From the human T2T-CHM13v2.0 reference genome, Homo sapiens: a stretch of 64,000 nucleotides of DNA. This document shows positions 16,731 to 43,869 of this stretch, piece by piece; position 1 is the first letter of the stretch; each line of letters begins with the position of its first letter. Under the pieces are notes generated by a model, which did no database searches, was not told the DNA's origin, and was given only the letters and a program-made list of their open reading frames with translations. The stretch lies in the NCBI RefSeq assembly GCF_009914755.1, contig NC_060925.1. One strand, written 5' to 3'. The position numbers and the translations under genes are program-made.

Positions 16731-17414
16731 ACCAGTATGTTAATTAGTTATACAATACCAAGGGGAAAAAGGCAACGTAAGCGCTAGCATTAACAACTGC
16801 TAAATGAATGTGTATGACCAGAAGGAAGAGCAGGAATGACAGGCAGGCATATTAAGTACAAAAAGGTTCATGCAGAGTTAGGTTGAGGGACTGACTCACA
16901 GGACATTGACCCCAATTTGCTCAGGGACTCTGGGTTACTTTTCAGTTACTAAGCCAGTCAGATTCCTCCTAAGTAAGCCAATTTGGGTTAGGTCTAAATC
17001 ATCGGGGGGAAAAAAAAAGGCTCCTCACTAAACCAGGATAAAGAAGACTCCATCAGAAAGTTCTCTGGGATAAGATATACTATTAATTGAAATTCCCAAT
17101 AGGAGGTAACATATAAACATACCCCCACATAAAACTGTACGTATTTTGACATGCTTGATGCATGATCTAGATCTTTCTTTTACTTTCATTGAGAATTCGA
17201 AGAGGACCACTTCAATATATTAATTATTGGCTGGCATTATTGCTAATGTTTCTTGGAATGTATGAACAAAAGCACTAAAATAGAATGATAAACCATCGAG
17301 ATTCTAGTTATTTTTTGCACAAAGTTCACTGCAAGATGTTACTGTATATTAAACAAAAACAAAACTAAACCAACTCAGAAAATAATTTTTAAAAAGCCCC
17401 CCAGAACAGGATGA

Positions 17415-19997
<2,583 letters not shown>

Positions 19998-20486
19998 TCA
20001 AGTCATCTTAGCGACTGAAAGGGCTTCAGAGAAATCTGAACTTAAGTGCAAACAAAACAAAACAAACTCCAAAACAAAAAACAACCAACCATCAGACTTT
20101 AATCTCTATAGGGACAGAGCAATTTTCCTCAAACTTTTGCTCAGCAGAACACATCTGAAACTGGCCCCCTATGTGCTACGCATCCAGAAGAGGAAAAGCC
20201 GGATCTGAAAACAATATTCCACGCTAAATGGGCCGTCCCGGCCGGGGCAGGCGGTCCCAGCACCCGTGCTGAGCTCCCCGGCATACGGCACGACGGGGCC
20301 GCGCCGGCTCTTCGGCGACAGCAAGGCCGGCATCTAACTCCACACCGTCCGCGCTTGCACCGCGCACCCAGGCTTCGTACCCAGCTCCCAGGTGGGGACC
20401 GCGCCCCCGCGGCGCCCGCGCCCCGCGCCCCGCGCCCCGCTCCCCACTCCGGCCCTGGGCCGGCGCCGCAGCGGCCCGGAAGGTAC

Positions 20487-20800
20487 CTGCTTAGAGGGAA
20501 GGGCCCCGACTGGCGCTGCCGCGGCCCCGGTGGAGAGGGCGGCTAGGTCGGAGCGGTGCCGCGGCCCGGGGAGGCGGCCAGGCGGCGCCTCAGCACCCGG
20601 ACCCCAGGGGCGTGCGGGACCCGGCTCTCGTGGACTTCCTCGGCAGCCGCCGCTTCCTCAGACGGAACTCGGGGGGCGCCCCTTCCGCCGCCCCAGGCCG
20701 CCTTGCACCCCAAGCTGCTGCGGCAGTGACAGGGAAGAAGCAGACCCGGCCGCCTCTGCCCATAGCCCCGGCCGCAGCCTCCACTCTCATGACAACCAAG
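20487..20800 (-). other. CEP104: CEP104 non-coding exon 1 (5' end approximate)
   Basis: CAG|gtacct donor at 20487/20486 inside CpG island; TSS position inferred. Confidence 0.7.
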
Positions 20801-21201
20801 CCCAGCCCTGGGCCAGGGCCTCTGCGCGTGCGCGACCCCGCCCCACCCGAGGCCGCGCCTGCGCACAAGGGGAGGGCTCCGCTACTCTGGCCCTCAGGGT
20901 TGTGTAGTTTCCGGGGCCACGGCACCTGGGCACACCAGGTGGCGTCGCGCCTTTGCTTTCCTGAGCCTTCTGAGTAAGGTAATGTGGTGTCCGTGGGGCG
21001 ACGCCTGCGCACAAGACCGCGTCGGGCCTCACTTTTCCCAGGCCTTCTGGGTAATGTAGTTTCCGGGATCGGCACCCGGCCTGTGCCAGCTTGCAGAGCT
21101 CACCAGGTGCAGACCCCTGCGGCCAGGGCGAGGACGGATCTGAGCAGCTGGGCAGCAGGTGCCACCGCCTGTGGGACCCAGAGGGCTTGAGGACATCTGC
21201 A

Positions 21202-21315
21202 ATGCTCCAGAAGCCCAAGAGCGTGAAGCTGCGGGCCCTGCGCAGCCCGAGGAAGTTCGGCGTGGCTGGCCGGAGCTGCCAGGAGGTGCTGCGCAAGGGC
21301 TGTCTCCGCTTCCAG
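21202..21315 (+). CDS. DFFB: DFFB exon 1 coding part, CIDE-N (MLQKPKSVKLRALRSPRKFGVAGRSCQEVLRKGCLRFQ)
   Basis: ATG 21202, CAG|gtgccc donor; recognised DFF40/CAD N-terminus. Confidence 0.97.
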
Positions 21316-22315
21316 GTGCCCGCTGGGCTAGGCGGGGACGGCCCGTCGGGGAGGCGTGTGGGGAGAATAGGAGGTGCCGCTTTTCCTCTTCCAAAACGGA
21401 GGGTGCAGGCGGCGCCCGGGGCGGGTAGTTTTCGTTCGCCTCAGCCGCTAGGACCCCGGGCCCCCGCAGCCTGGGGTTCCTGAGCGTGGCTTCAGAACGC
21501 AGGGGGGTTGGGGGACGACCTGGATCACCCCTTCCCTCTTCCCACCTCTCGGGCAGGACAGCCCTGCATCAGAGCTAGGAGACCCGGGTAGAGTGCCAGG
21601 TACTGGCACGCGGGGTCACGGCTGCTCTGCCTGTCCAGCCTCAGCTTCCCCTTGAGTAAAATGAAAGGCTTGGCTAGGTGGGCTCTGCAGGCCCCTTCCA
21701 GCCCTCGCAGCTGGGGATTGCAATCGTCACCTTATTCTAGGTTGGTTTTCTTTTTAGACCAGTACTAGGGTTACCAGGTGTGCATTGCCGGGGTCGGTGC
21801 GGGTGGGGTGGGAGTAGCCATAAAATGCCTAAAACTGACCAGTGCAGAGTAACAGGGAACCGGACTCCAACAAATTAACAGTGCCACGTGCCGGTCACAC
21901 TTGTGCACAGAGGCAACCAACCGTTCTCCTTCGTGTGCCAGCACCGCTCTGGCGGCTGTGTGCTGGGGATGGTGGTGTTCAGCTCCTGGCAGCAGGGAGG
22001 CGGCGCTGTCAAAGACAGGCTCTATTTGAAGCGCCCTCAGGAGCTCATTTAAAAAGGGTGAATCCTGCAGAGCCAGCAGTCACCCCCTGATGTATGTTTT
22101 TCCTGACTCTTCGTATTTTAGAACGGCCCGCAGTCAGGCGCCCTTGCTCCCGCTCCCTCATCCTTGCCTGGGCGTTGGAGCGACTGTGGCATACAGGCGG
22201 CAGCCTGAGCCTGCTTCTTTAAGCACAGCTCATTCCGGTCGTTTGTGAGGCCTGCAGATGCAAAGCCCTCGTCTTGAGACCCTTCCTCCTCCTGTTGCTT
22301 CTCCCGTCCCTGCAG

Positions 22316-22442
22316 CTCCCTGAGCGCGGTTCCCGGCTGTGCCTGTACGAGGATGGCACGGAGCTGACGGAAGATTACTTCCCCAGTGTTCCCGACAACG
22401 CCGAGCTGGTGCTGCTCACCTTGGGCCAGGCCTGGCAGGGCT
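22316..22442 (+). CDS. DFFB: DFFB exon 2, CIDE-N (LPERGSRLCLYEDGTELTEDYF...AWQG)
   Basis: 127 nt, tgcag|CTCCC, GCT|gtgagt; EDGT CIDE signature. Confidence 0.97.
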
Positions 22443-23504
22443 GTGAGTGGCAAGGACTTTGGAGGTGGGCGGGAAGCTGGCACTCTCGGAGGTCCTGGGG
22501 GCTTAGCTCCAGGTGCCCATCAGGGTGGGGAAGAGTCCCCCTTACTGTGAACTCTCGGGTCTCAAGGAGGAAGCCCTCTGGAGGCAGAACTGGTCAGCGT
22601 CGCTTAGGTGGCAGAGTCCTCAGTCCTCTCGTTCATGAACCCAGCTGTTCAATTGGTCGTCTTTTTCTTCAAAAAATCTTTTAATTTTATTTGCGTTCAT
22701 TTGAGGTGTCCTAGCAATTCCCAAGAGCAGAGGGAGGGCTTTGGGGTTGGGGCCTGCACAGTTTCATGGGGAAGGTGGAGCCAGGAAGAGATGCTGTTCT
22801 GTTCTGCTGGGCTGAGCACCCTTCTGGAAGGACGAGGTGGTGGTTCGTGGGATGCTCTCACATTGTTCTCGGTTGGTGTTTGCTAAGATGCTGTCCTCAG
22901 GGCTCAAGTTTGGGGGCAATTGCTTTGAGAGGTGGTTCTTTCGGGGCATCTGTATTGAAGCCTCAGGACACAAAGTCCTGCCTTTCAGAACCAGCCGAAT
23001 GCCAAGGTCTGCGCTTGTTTGACTCCCGTAAAAGAGAGCTTTTGGCCACTGGGGCAGGAGATGCCATCATGTGCCTTTACCTGGGAGGGTCGGCCAGTGT
23101 TGTGCAAATGGGGTCAGGCTCCAGGAGATGCTTCTGGCGGCCCAGGAAGGACATGGGTGCTCTGAGGGATGGAGCTGTGGCTCCTTGGCCTAAGGGGCAG
23201 AAAGAGAGAAGTCGAAGAGTAACGTCCATGTGGCCACCTCCCCGGCTACAGTGTTGGGGGCTCCACTGTCAGCATTGAGGGGTGACGCCTCTGGTGTGTG
23301 CTCCAAGGTTGCAAACCCCCTTTCTCCACTGGGCCTTGTGCTTTTAGAGGAGGCAGCTGGAAAATGTATCACTGTGATGCCCCCTGGGGTGGCCCCTGCA
23401 GGAGGTGGGGGCTGGGCAGGGGTATGCTCAGGGTATGCCTCACCTTTGGATGTTATCTTTCTTTCCCATTTCAGGGCATAGTTGAAAGACAGCAGAGCAC
23501 GTTG

Positions 23505-23604
23505 CTCTCTCTCTGTCTCTCCCTGCATCTCGCAGTCTCTGTCTCTCTCCTCTGTCTCTGTCTCTGGCTCTCTCTGTCTGTCTCTGTCTCTCTCTCTCTC
23601 TGTC
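23505..23604. repeat. (TC)n/(TCTG)n polypyrimidine microsatellite
   Basis: Direct reading. Confidence 0.85.
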
Positions 23605-23652
23605 CTTCCTTTCTCTGGCGCTTTATCCTCCTCTCTTCGCTGAGACCACTAG

Positions 23653-24126
<474 letters not shown>

Positions 24127-24129
24127 TAA

Positions 24130-28960
<4,831 letters not shown>

Positions 28961-29410
28961 GGTCCTGGGTAGACTTTGCTTTAACTTCCTATTAAGAGCC
29001 TGCCCGGAGAGCTCGCTGCTTTAGGGAGTTGTGAAAAGGCTCCAGGAGAGAGTAGGAAAAGTGATCGGAAGGATCTGAAAGCAAGGTCTCCAGGAAGGGC
29101 CAAAGTGGGGGGCGTATGGTTTGGAGGGGAGGAGGCCAAATGGGAAAGCAGCCGTCTCTTGGTGCGCTTTCATCTGTCCTCTAAAGCACACCCTGCCCCT
29201 CCCTCCTCTGTCCTCATGCCGCCCTTGTGCGTGGTCCCCAGCTGTTGGTGTCAGGGCAAGGACAAAGACCCGGGACACCTCAAGTCTGAGTCCTGGTGAT
29301 TGCCAGGCCCTGGGGAATGGGGGAAGATGTGGTCAGAGGCTCTTCTTGTGACCGGGGCAGGATGTGTCTTCTGCTGGACCGGCACCTTTTGTTTGTCCCA
29401 TTGGTGGCAG

Positions 29411-29599
29411 ATGTGAGCGACATCAGGCGCTTCCTCAGTGCATTTCACGAGCCACAGGTGGGGCTCATCCAGGCCGCCCAGCAGCTGCTGTGTGATGAGC
29501 AGGCCCCACAGAGGCAGAGGCTGCTGGCTGACCTCCTGCACAACGTCAGCCAGAACATCGCGGCCGAGACCCGGGCTGAGGACCCGCCGTGGTTTGAAG
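29411..29599 (+). CDS. DFFB: DFFB exon 3 (VSDIRRFLSAF...EDPPWFE)
   Basis: 189 nt, ggcag|ATGTGA, AAG|gtgcgt; phase 1/1. Confidence 0.96.
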
Positions 29600-29829
29600 G
29601 TGCGTGGGGGCTGCAGCTGGCAGGGGAGAGGCTTCTTTGGAGTCTGAGGTGCCAGAAGAAGTTGGATTCCAAAAAGCCCCCAGTGAAGGGCTGGCCTGTA
29701 CCCTCGTGGGTTGAGGTGGGGGACTTGGAAGAAAATGTGCTCATTTCCCAGCATTTCCCAGCCTCGTGGGAAAGGTACCCAGCAAGGACTCAGGTGGGGC
29801 CAGAGTCCAGGGCAGCCCTCGGATGGGAC

Positions 29830-31455
<1,626 letters not shown>

Positions 31456-31572
31456 ATGAAGCAGTATGACCCTCATATTCTGCCCTGCTTGGCACCTGGG
31501 CTGGGCAGGACACAGACCCAGAGGCCCCTGGCCTGCCCTGTGGACTTGGGGGTCTTCTCGTTTTCCTTGCAG

Positions 31573-31652
31573 GCTTGGAGTCCCGATTTCAGAGCAAGTC
31601 TGGCTATCTGAGATACAGCTGTGAGAGCCGGATCCGGAGTTACCTGAGGGAG
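31573..31652 (+). CDS. DFFB: DFFB exon 4 (LESRFQSKSGYLRYSCESRIRSYLRE)
   Basis: 80 nt, tgcag|GCTTGG, GAG|gtgagc; phase 1/0. Confidence 0.96.
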
Positions 31653-32179
31653 GTGAGCCTGAGTGAAGACCGGGTATGCTGGGCGGGTTTTTGAAGCCAG
31701 GCTCTGTGGGCTCTGGAAGCCTGTGGTCCTCACGATGGGTAGTTGGTAGGACCACACTCCGTGCTTGCGTGGATCTGGTGGGGCTGCTCTGGTGAGGGAA
31801 GCTAGCGCACGGACCCTGTGCCTCCTCCCTTCATGGGGGTGAACACCCATCGGGCCTTTTCAGCTGCACTTGAGGTCACGGGTTGGGGAGCGGGGAGGTG
31901 GTGGCTCCTGCCTGCCTCCCCTCCTCTCCTCCTCTCCCCCCGAGGCTTCTTCCTGGGCAGCAGTGGCAAGCGTCACGGCAGACACAGAGCCTGAGCTGTC
32001 ATTTGCCCAACTGTGACCAAGGTCAGCAGGTGCTACAGGGATCTGAGGCCCTTCCCATGAGCCCATCCTTGGTCTGCAAACCTCTCCACCGCTCCCTCCT
32101 CCCTCCCAAAGGTGGAGTCAGCTCTGCCCTCATTTCCATCCACCCCATCGAATGTGGATTTCCTCATCACATAGCATGA

Positions 32180-32650
32180 CATGCCACGCTACACCATACC
32201 ACACCATACCAGACCACACCACACCAGGCCACACCACACCAAGCCACACCACACCAGGCCACACCACACCAGGCCACGCCACACCAAGCCACACCACACC
32301 AGGCCACACCACACCAGGCCACACCACACCATACCACACCACACCAGGCCACACCACACCAGGCCACACCACACCAAGCCACACCACACCAGGCCACACC
32401 ACACCATACCACACCACACCAGGCCACACCACACCATACCACACCACACCAGGCCACACCACACCAAGCCACACCACACCAGGCCACACCACACCATACC
32501 ACACCACACCAGGCCACACCACACCAGGCCACACCACACCACGCCACACCACACCACGCCACACCACACCAGGCCACACCACACCACGCCACACCACACC
32601 AGGCCACACCACACCAGGCCACACCACGTCATTCCACACCATGCCACACC
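32180..32650. repeat. 15-bp VNTR (CACACCACACCAGGC)n built on pentamers, ~30 units, DFFB intron 4
   Basis: Direct reading; HTTPG/VVWPG repeat ORFs. Confidence 0.97.
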
Positions 32651-32771
32651 GCATCATTAGCACATGGAGGGTGCTGTGGAGGCCCCTGCAATGGGTGTCC
32701 TGTCCTAGTGCTGCCCTGCGTGGTCGGCCCCCACGCCCTCGGCCCACTCCTCTCTGTGGCACAATTGCTAA

Positions 32772-33378
<607 letters not shown>

Positions 33379-33513
33379 TGAACTCAGACCCTCTGACCAC
33401 AGGACTGGGCTTGGGCAGGGTCTCAGAGGGCCATGGAGTGAGATGGATCGAGAGCCAGTGCGGGTTTTGGGGCGCTGTGCACCAGGCTCACCGACGTTCC
33501 TTGGTTCCTCCAG

Positions 33514-33684
33514 GTGAGCTCCTACCCCTCCACGGTGGGTGCGGAGGCTCAGGAGGAATTCCTGCGGGTCCTCGGCTCCATGTGCCAGAGGCTCCGGTCC
33601 ATGCAGTACAATGGCAGCTACTTCGACAGAGGAGCCAAGGGCGGCAGCCGCCTCTGCACACCGGAAGGCTGGTTCTCCTGCCAG
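33514..33684 (+). CDS. DFFB: DFFB exon 5 (VSSYPSTVG...YNGSYFDRG...EGWFSCQ)
   Basis: 171 nt, ccag|GTGAGC, CAG|gtgagc; ORF 33514..33933. Confidence 0.96.
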
Positions 33685-33943
33685 GTGAGCTGTGTGCCCT
33701 TTATCCTGGGGCCACCCGGCTGGCCTGTGGAACACAGCCCGCCTGGGGCGAGGCGGGTGGGGACCTTCAGCCCTTGCCCTGCCTGGGCAAAGCCTTGTGA
33801 AGAGGTACAGCCCTCACATTCCCAGGGAGGGCGGCAGTGTCTCAGCCAGTGCCTCTCAAGCTGCAGTGCACACAGGAATCCCTGGGGAGCTTGCAGAGGG
33901 CTGCAGGGCCCGCCCCAGGGCTTGTCTCGGTAGTGCTGGGCGG

Positions 33944-34200
33944 TGTCTTAGTCAGCCCCGGCTGCCATAACAGATGACCCCTGCTGGGGAGGCTGGAACG
34001 GCAGCTGGTTACTGCTCATAGTTCTGGAGGCTGGAAGCTGAGATCAGGTCCGCACTCCCCCGCTGCCTTCCCAGGTGTCCCTGCTGCACCGTGCTAGGCG
34101 TGGTCTGGCCTTTAGTGGTGATGCATCTGTGTCTCTGGCGAGTCCTGGGCACACCCCTCCCCCTCCCATGGTGTGGGGAGCAACTTGAGGCGCCTCTTGG
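33944..34200 (-). mobile_element. MaLR LTR fragment (MLT1-type)
   Basis: tgtcttagtc..ggctgccataaca..agttctggaggctggaag motif. Confidence 0.6.
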
Positions 34201-35194
34201 CGTTTGCACACTGCAGTTGCATTCCCGGTAAGGTCCACTGATGCCTGTGATCTTCCGAGTGCCACTCAGTGGGTCCAGCAGCAGGGGCCAGGTGGTGGGC
34301 ATGGCCTGCGGTGCTTCTTCCCATGGGACAGGGCTCCTTGCTGCTCCTGCCAGGCAGATCCTTCTGGGGTGATGGGCTCTGGCCATAAAAACGCTTCTTC
34401 CAAGTTAGCTTAACATTTAGACTTTGCAGTGCGCTCGCTCACCACTCAGTGAGTACTTACTTTGTGCCTGGCACTGTGGGAGGGGTTGGGACACAAAAAT
34501 GAAAAATCCTTCATCCCTGATGGCAGGGTGAGTCCTGCACAATGGAAGGTGAAAGACACATAAATGAGCGAGACAGAGGAGGCCAAGGGGCTGCAGGAGC
34601 CGCAGCCAGCATCCTGGGAGCCAGGGCCAGTCAGAAGCGGCCCCAGGGAGGGGGTGGGGCCTTAGAGCAGGTTGACTGATAGGTGGGGGTGCAAGAGTGA
34701 GCTGGGAGGGACCAGGTGCTCCGGGCATGGCAGTGGGAAGCAGTGGGCTCTGCTGGGGAGGCTGTGAGTCCCCAGGGTGATGGGGGCACAGAGTGCAAGT
34801 AGGCACTGGGGCTCCCGGCACGTGCTCTGCAGATGTCTGTTCACGAATGAGTGTGTTGAGTGCTGGGCTGCGGACCACAGGGAAGACGGAAGCTGTGGCC
34901 ATGGCACCTTCAGTGAGGCAGCCCTGCCTCTGCATTGGGATCACAGGGAAACATCAGGAAGCCGCGGGCAATGGCTGGAAAGGGAGCCTCTGGGACATGG
35001 GTCCTTGCTTCTCACGCGCTGGTCCTGCCCTGGCAAGTCAGTACCTTCCTGGCCTCACTTCCCATGAGGTGGGGGTGCTGGTGTGTGATCACACGGGTAA
35101 CAGTGACAATAACTACCTTGTCCTCTTTGGGAACTCAGAACATATTGTTAGGGGTAATGAGGGAAAAAGAAGGATCTGATTCCAAAGGCAGAGC

Positions 35195-36481
<1,287 letters not shown>

Positions 36482-36523
36482 GTAAGCTCACAGAGCGAGG
36501 TTCAGACCCACGAGTGCCTGCAG

Positions 36524-36592
36524 GGCCCTGTCCCTGCCGTGGCCCTGTCCCTGCCATGGCCCTGTCCCTGCCACGGCCCTGTCCCTGCCACG
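36524..36592. repeat. 17-bp tandem repeat x4 (GGCCCTGTCCCTGCCRY) just after DFFB exon 6 donor
   Basis: Direct reading. Confidence 0.9.
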
Positions 36593-36899
36593 GTGTTGCC
36601 TCCTTGGGTTTCAAGGGCTGCACCCGTGTTACAGCCCAGGGAAGGGGTACCTGATGGCAGCATAGGGGGCTGCTGAGTGGGCACACACCATTCCCTCCAC
36701 TGTCAGCATGTGTACCTGACCCGGAGCCAGCCCTCCTGTCCCCTCCAGTCCTCCCTGTGGATGGAGCTGGTGGGCAGCGTCCTTCCCCAGAACACAGGTC
36801 CCAGCCCTTGGCTGTCAGAGGTTCTGAACCTCTGTGAGTTTGAACCAGGGTGAGCTCAGACAGCGGGAGCTCCTGGTGTTATGATAGGTAAGGGTGTTT

Positions 36900-37812
<913 letters not shown>

Positions 37813-37959
37813 TATTGCTTTCGGAGTGAGATTTTTTTTTAAAGTATGTAAAACACTATGGTCATAGTTGAGCTTTTACCCTGTCCATACTCAGCCTCTA
37901 CACCTTGCCCCGAGGGAAAACACTTGTGAAAGGTGTGTGTGCCCTTCAGAGCCCTCTCA

Positions 37960-38962
37960 CTGCACCTTTACCACAAGCGTGTGAGTTTATCATGTACATA
38001 CATGGTGGCCCACGCTGTCATCTGCAGAGCCGTGTAGCTGCACCTTTACCACACGCGTGTGAGTTTAACATGCACGTACGTGGCCTCCCACGCTGTGGTC
38101 TGCAGAGCCGTGTAGCTACACCTTTACCACACGCATGTGAGTTTAACATGTACATATGTGGCCTCCCATGCTGTGGTCTGCAGAGCCGTGTAGCTGCACC
38201 TTTACCACACGCGTGTGGGTTTAACATGCACATACGTGGTGGCCCACGCTGTGGTCTGCAGAGCCGTGTAGCTGCACCTTTACCACACGCGTGTGGGTTT
38301 AACATGCACATACGTGGCCTCCCACGCTGTGGTCTGCAGAGCCGTGTAGCTGCACCTTTACCACACGCGTGTGGGTTTAACATGCACATACGTGGTGGCC
38401 CACGCTGTGGTCTGCAGAGCCGTGTAGCTGCACCTTTACCACACGCGTGTGGGTTTAACATGCACATACGTGGCCTCCCACGCTGTGGTCTGCAGAGCCG
38501 TGTAGCTGCACCTTTACCACACGCGTGTGGGTTTAACATGCACATACGTGGCCTCCCACGCTGTGGTCTGCAGAGCCGTGTAGCTGCACCTTTACCACAC
38601 GCGTGTGAGTTTAACATGCACATATGTGGCCTCCCATGCTGTGGTCTGCAGAGCCGTGTAGCCGCACCTTTACCACACGCATGTGAATTTAACGTCTACA
38701 TACGTGGCCTCCCATGCTGTGGTCTGCAGAGCCGTGTAGCTGCACCTTTACCACATGCGTGTGGGTTTAACGTGCACATACGTGGCCTCCCATGCTGTGG
38801 TCTGCAGAGCCGTGTAGCTGCACCTTTACCACACGTGTGTGGGTTTAACGTGTACATACGTGGCGGCCCACGTTGTCGTCTGCAGAGCCGTGTAGCTGCA
38901 CCTTTACCACACGCGTGTGGGTTTAACATGTACATATGTGGCGGCCCACGCTGTCGTGTGCA
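37960..38962. repeat. 78-bp VNTR, ~13 units, DFFB intron 6
   Basis: gcagagccg recurs at 38024, 38102, 38180 etc.; 26-aa repeat in ORF 37905..39038. Confidence 0.97.
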
Positions 38963-39544
38963 GTGTACCTGTTCATTGCATGCTGTGCTTAGATTCGGCA
39001 TATTCATTTCAGCAGGTGCAGAACACTTCACTTTTTGAATAGGCTCTAATTTTAACATCTTTCCATACTGGGAGGCATTTAGGTTATTTCTAATTTCTCA
39101 TCATTATAAAAATCCCTGGGATGAACACTCTATGGAATGAACCCATATGGTCTGGTTCCGTGCTATTTAAAGTGTGGTTACTTTCAAGCATTAGCAACAT
39201 CTGGGAGCTGGGAATTCAGATTCTCAGGCCCCATCCAGACATAACCCAGGTGCCTGGGGATTGGGGTGTGCGTCCCAGCATGGACAAGATGCCCCAGTGT
39301 CTGAGCTTGAGTCCCTCTAGTGAGTGTGCTGGGTCCTAATGACACCTCTGTTCCCTCTCTGAGCCTGGCCAGGCTGCTCTCGAGTGTCCCAGCCTACACA
39401 CTCGCCATCCGTGTGAGTTCATGCTTTCCCGGGTTCTTGCTGACACTTGGTGTCATTGTACTTTTTTGCATTTTCCCAACCCGATAGGTGAGACACAGAT
39501 TCTCTTTCTCTAATTTTCATTTTCCTGATGACTAGGAAGGTTGA

Positions 39545-42367
<2,823 letters not shown>

Positions 42368-43284
42368 TGAACCTCTGTTGACCGTTTTGTTGAGTGAATA
42401 CAGATTGGATTTTAGCTGCTTTACTCTGGGTTTGTACCCACCATGCCGCATCTTCACTTTCTTCTGGTCTCTTGTGTGCCTTCTGTTGACTTACTTGAGT
42501 TTCCTTCTTTCCCTTGCCCATCACCCCACCCTTTTGTGGTTTGGCGTTCATGGTGTCCCTAATGTTAGTGATACTGGAAGACGGCACTGCTGCTGTCCCC
42601 TCTCCCGGGCCGGCCTCGCTGTGACCCTCTGCGGTATTCTTTAGTGTTCGTGTCTCACCTTATTTTAATCCTGCACAAAATGCTGGTGTGGTTTTATGGC
42701 CAACACTTCCATTTATTTATCAACAGATTCACCCGTGTCTGTGTTTGCCAGTGCTTCTTGCATCTCATCTCTGGGTTCAATTTCTGATTACTGATGTGTA
42801 GCCCTTAGTGTTTCTTCCACGAGTGGCTGTGAGGGGTAAACTCTACTCAGCATTTGAAAAGGTCCGTTCAACTTCCACTCTTGAGTAATTATTTAGTTAG
42901 TACTGAATTCTAGGATGACAGATACCTACCTTCAGTACTTTGAAGAATAACTCCATTGTCTTCTGGAATCTGTGAGAAATCTGTTGGCAGCCTAATTTTC
43001 TGCCTTTTTAATGGTAGTTTTAGATTTTTCTCCTCCTCTTGGAAAATGATAAGTATCTAGGTAGAGCTCTTTCTTTTGGATTCTGCCTGGGACTTGTATT
43101 CCTTGTGCTGAGGACACACTTTTCTTTGGTTTTGGAAAATGCTTCTGCGTTGATGAGGTGTGGCTTCTCTTTGATTCTGCCTGTGCGGTTTTCCGGGAGC
43201 GCCTGTTAGCTGTGTGTTGGACCTTCTCATTCTGCTCTCCTCATGCTGTGCCTGCGTCTGGGCTGCTGTCTCACTGGGACTTTC

Positions 43285-43620
43285 TGCTGTGGACTCCATC
43301 ATGTTCCCCAAGATTCGTATGTTGAAACCCTAATCCCCAGTGTGACTGCATCAGGCGATAAGGTCTTTGGGAGATAATGAAGGTCATGAGGGTGGGGCCC
43401 TAATCCACTAGGACTGGTGTCCTTAGAAAATGGGAAAGGAGCTCACTCTCCCTCTGTCTCTGCCACGTGGGGACACAGCAAGAAGGCAGCCATCTACCAG
43501 CCAGGAGGAGAGCCCTTACTAGCACCCGGCGTGCGGGCACCTGTTCTTCCAGCCTCCAGGACTGTGAGAGAGTAAATAGTCTGTGGTATTTTCCTCTGGC
43601 AGCTGGAGCACACTAAGACA
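43285..43620 (+). mobile_element. MaLR LTR (MLT1A-like), adjacent to old L1 fragment ~42830-43280
   Basis: atgttgaaaccctaatcccca..aggtcatgagggtggggccc..ctaagaca. Confidence 0.75.
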
Positions 43621-43869
43621 CTCCTGTATTGTTCAGGAATTCTCTCTTCAGCTGTTCATATGTTCATTCTGTCCGCTGAGTACATGCTTCCTTTTTTGGG
43701 TTCCTAAAGAGCCCAAAAGAAGTGCTTTTGGGTTCTTCATAAAACGAGCCTTTTTTATGCCAGTCTGGTTTCATTATTTCCATTTCTTTTTAATCACTTT
43801 AATCATTAATCATCCATTTTAAGCATATTTGTTTTACAGTCACATGCTAAAGCATTCAACCTTGCCCAC

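Larger units (their letters stand above)
20220..21500. promoter_or_regulatory. CpG island / bidirectional promoter of CEP104 and DFFB
   Basis: Very high GC and CpG density; NRF1-like motifs at 20823, 20855 and 21001; GC box 20836-20844; ZNF143-type ACTACAnnnCCCAG and ETS CCGGAA motifs on minus strand 20889-20914 and 21041-21066; no TATA box. Confidence 0.9.

Noticed and set aside
20355-21483. Many overlapping Pro/Arg/Gly-rich ORFs
   Set aside because: Stop-codon scarcity in the CpG island; only DFFB exon 1 and the uORF were kept.
37905-39038. 377-aa Cys/His-rich repeat ORF resembling a zinc-finger protein
   Set aside because: It is the 78-bp VNTR. The 26-aa period has no C-x2-C...H-x3-H spacing or TGEKP linker, and the opposite strand is also largely open.
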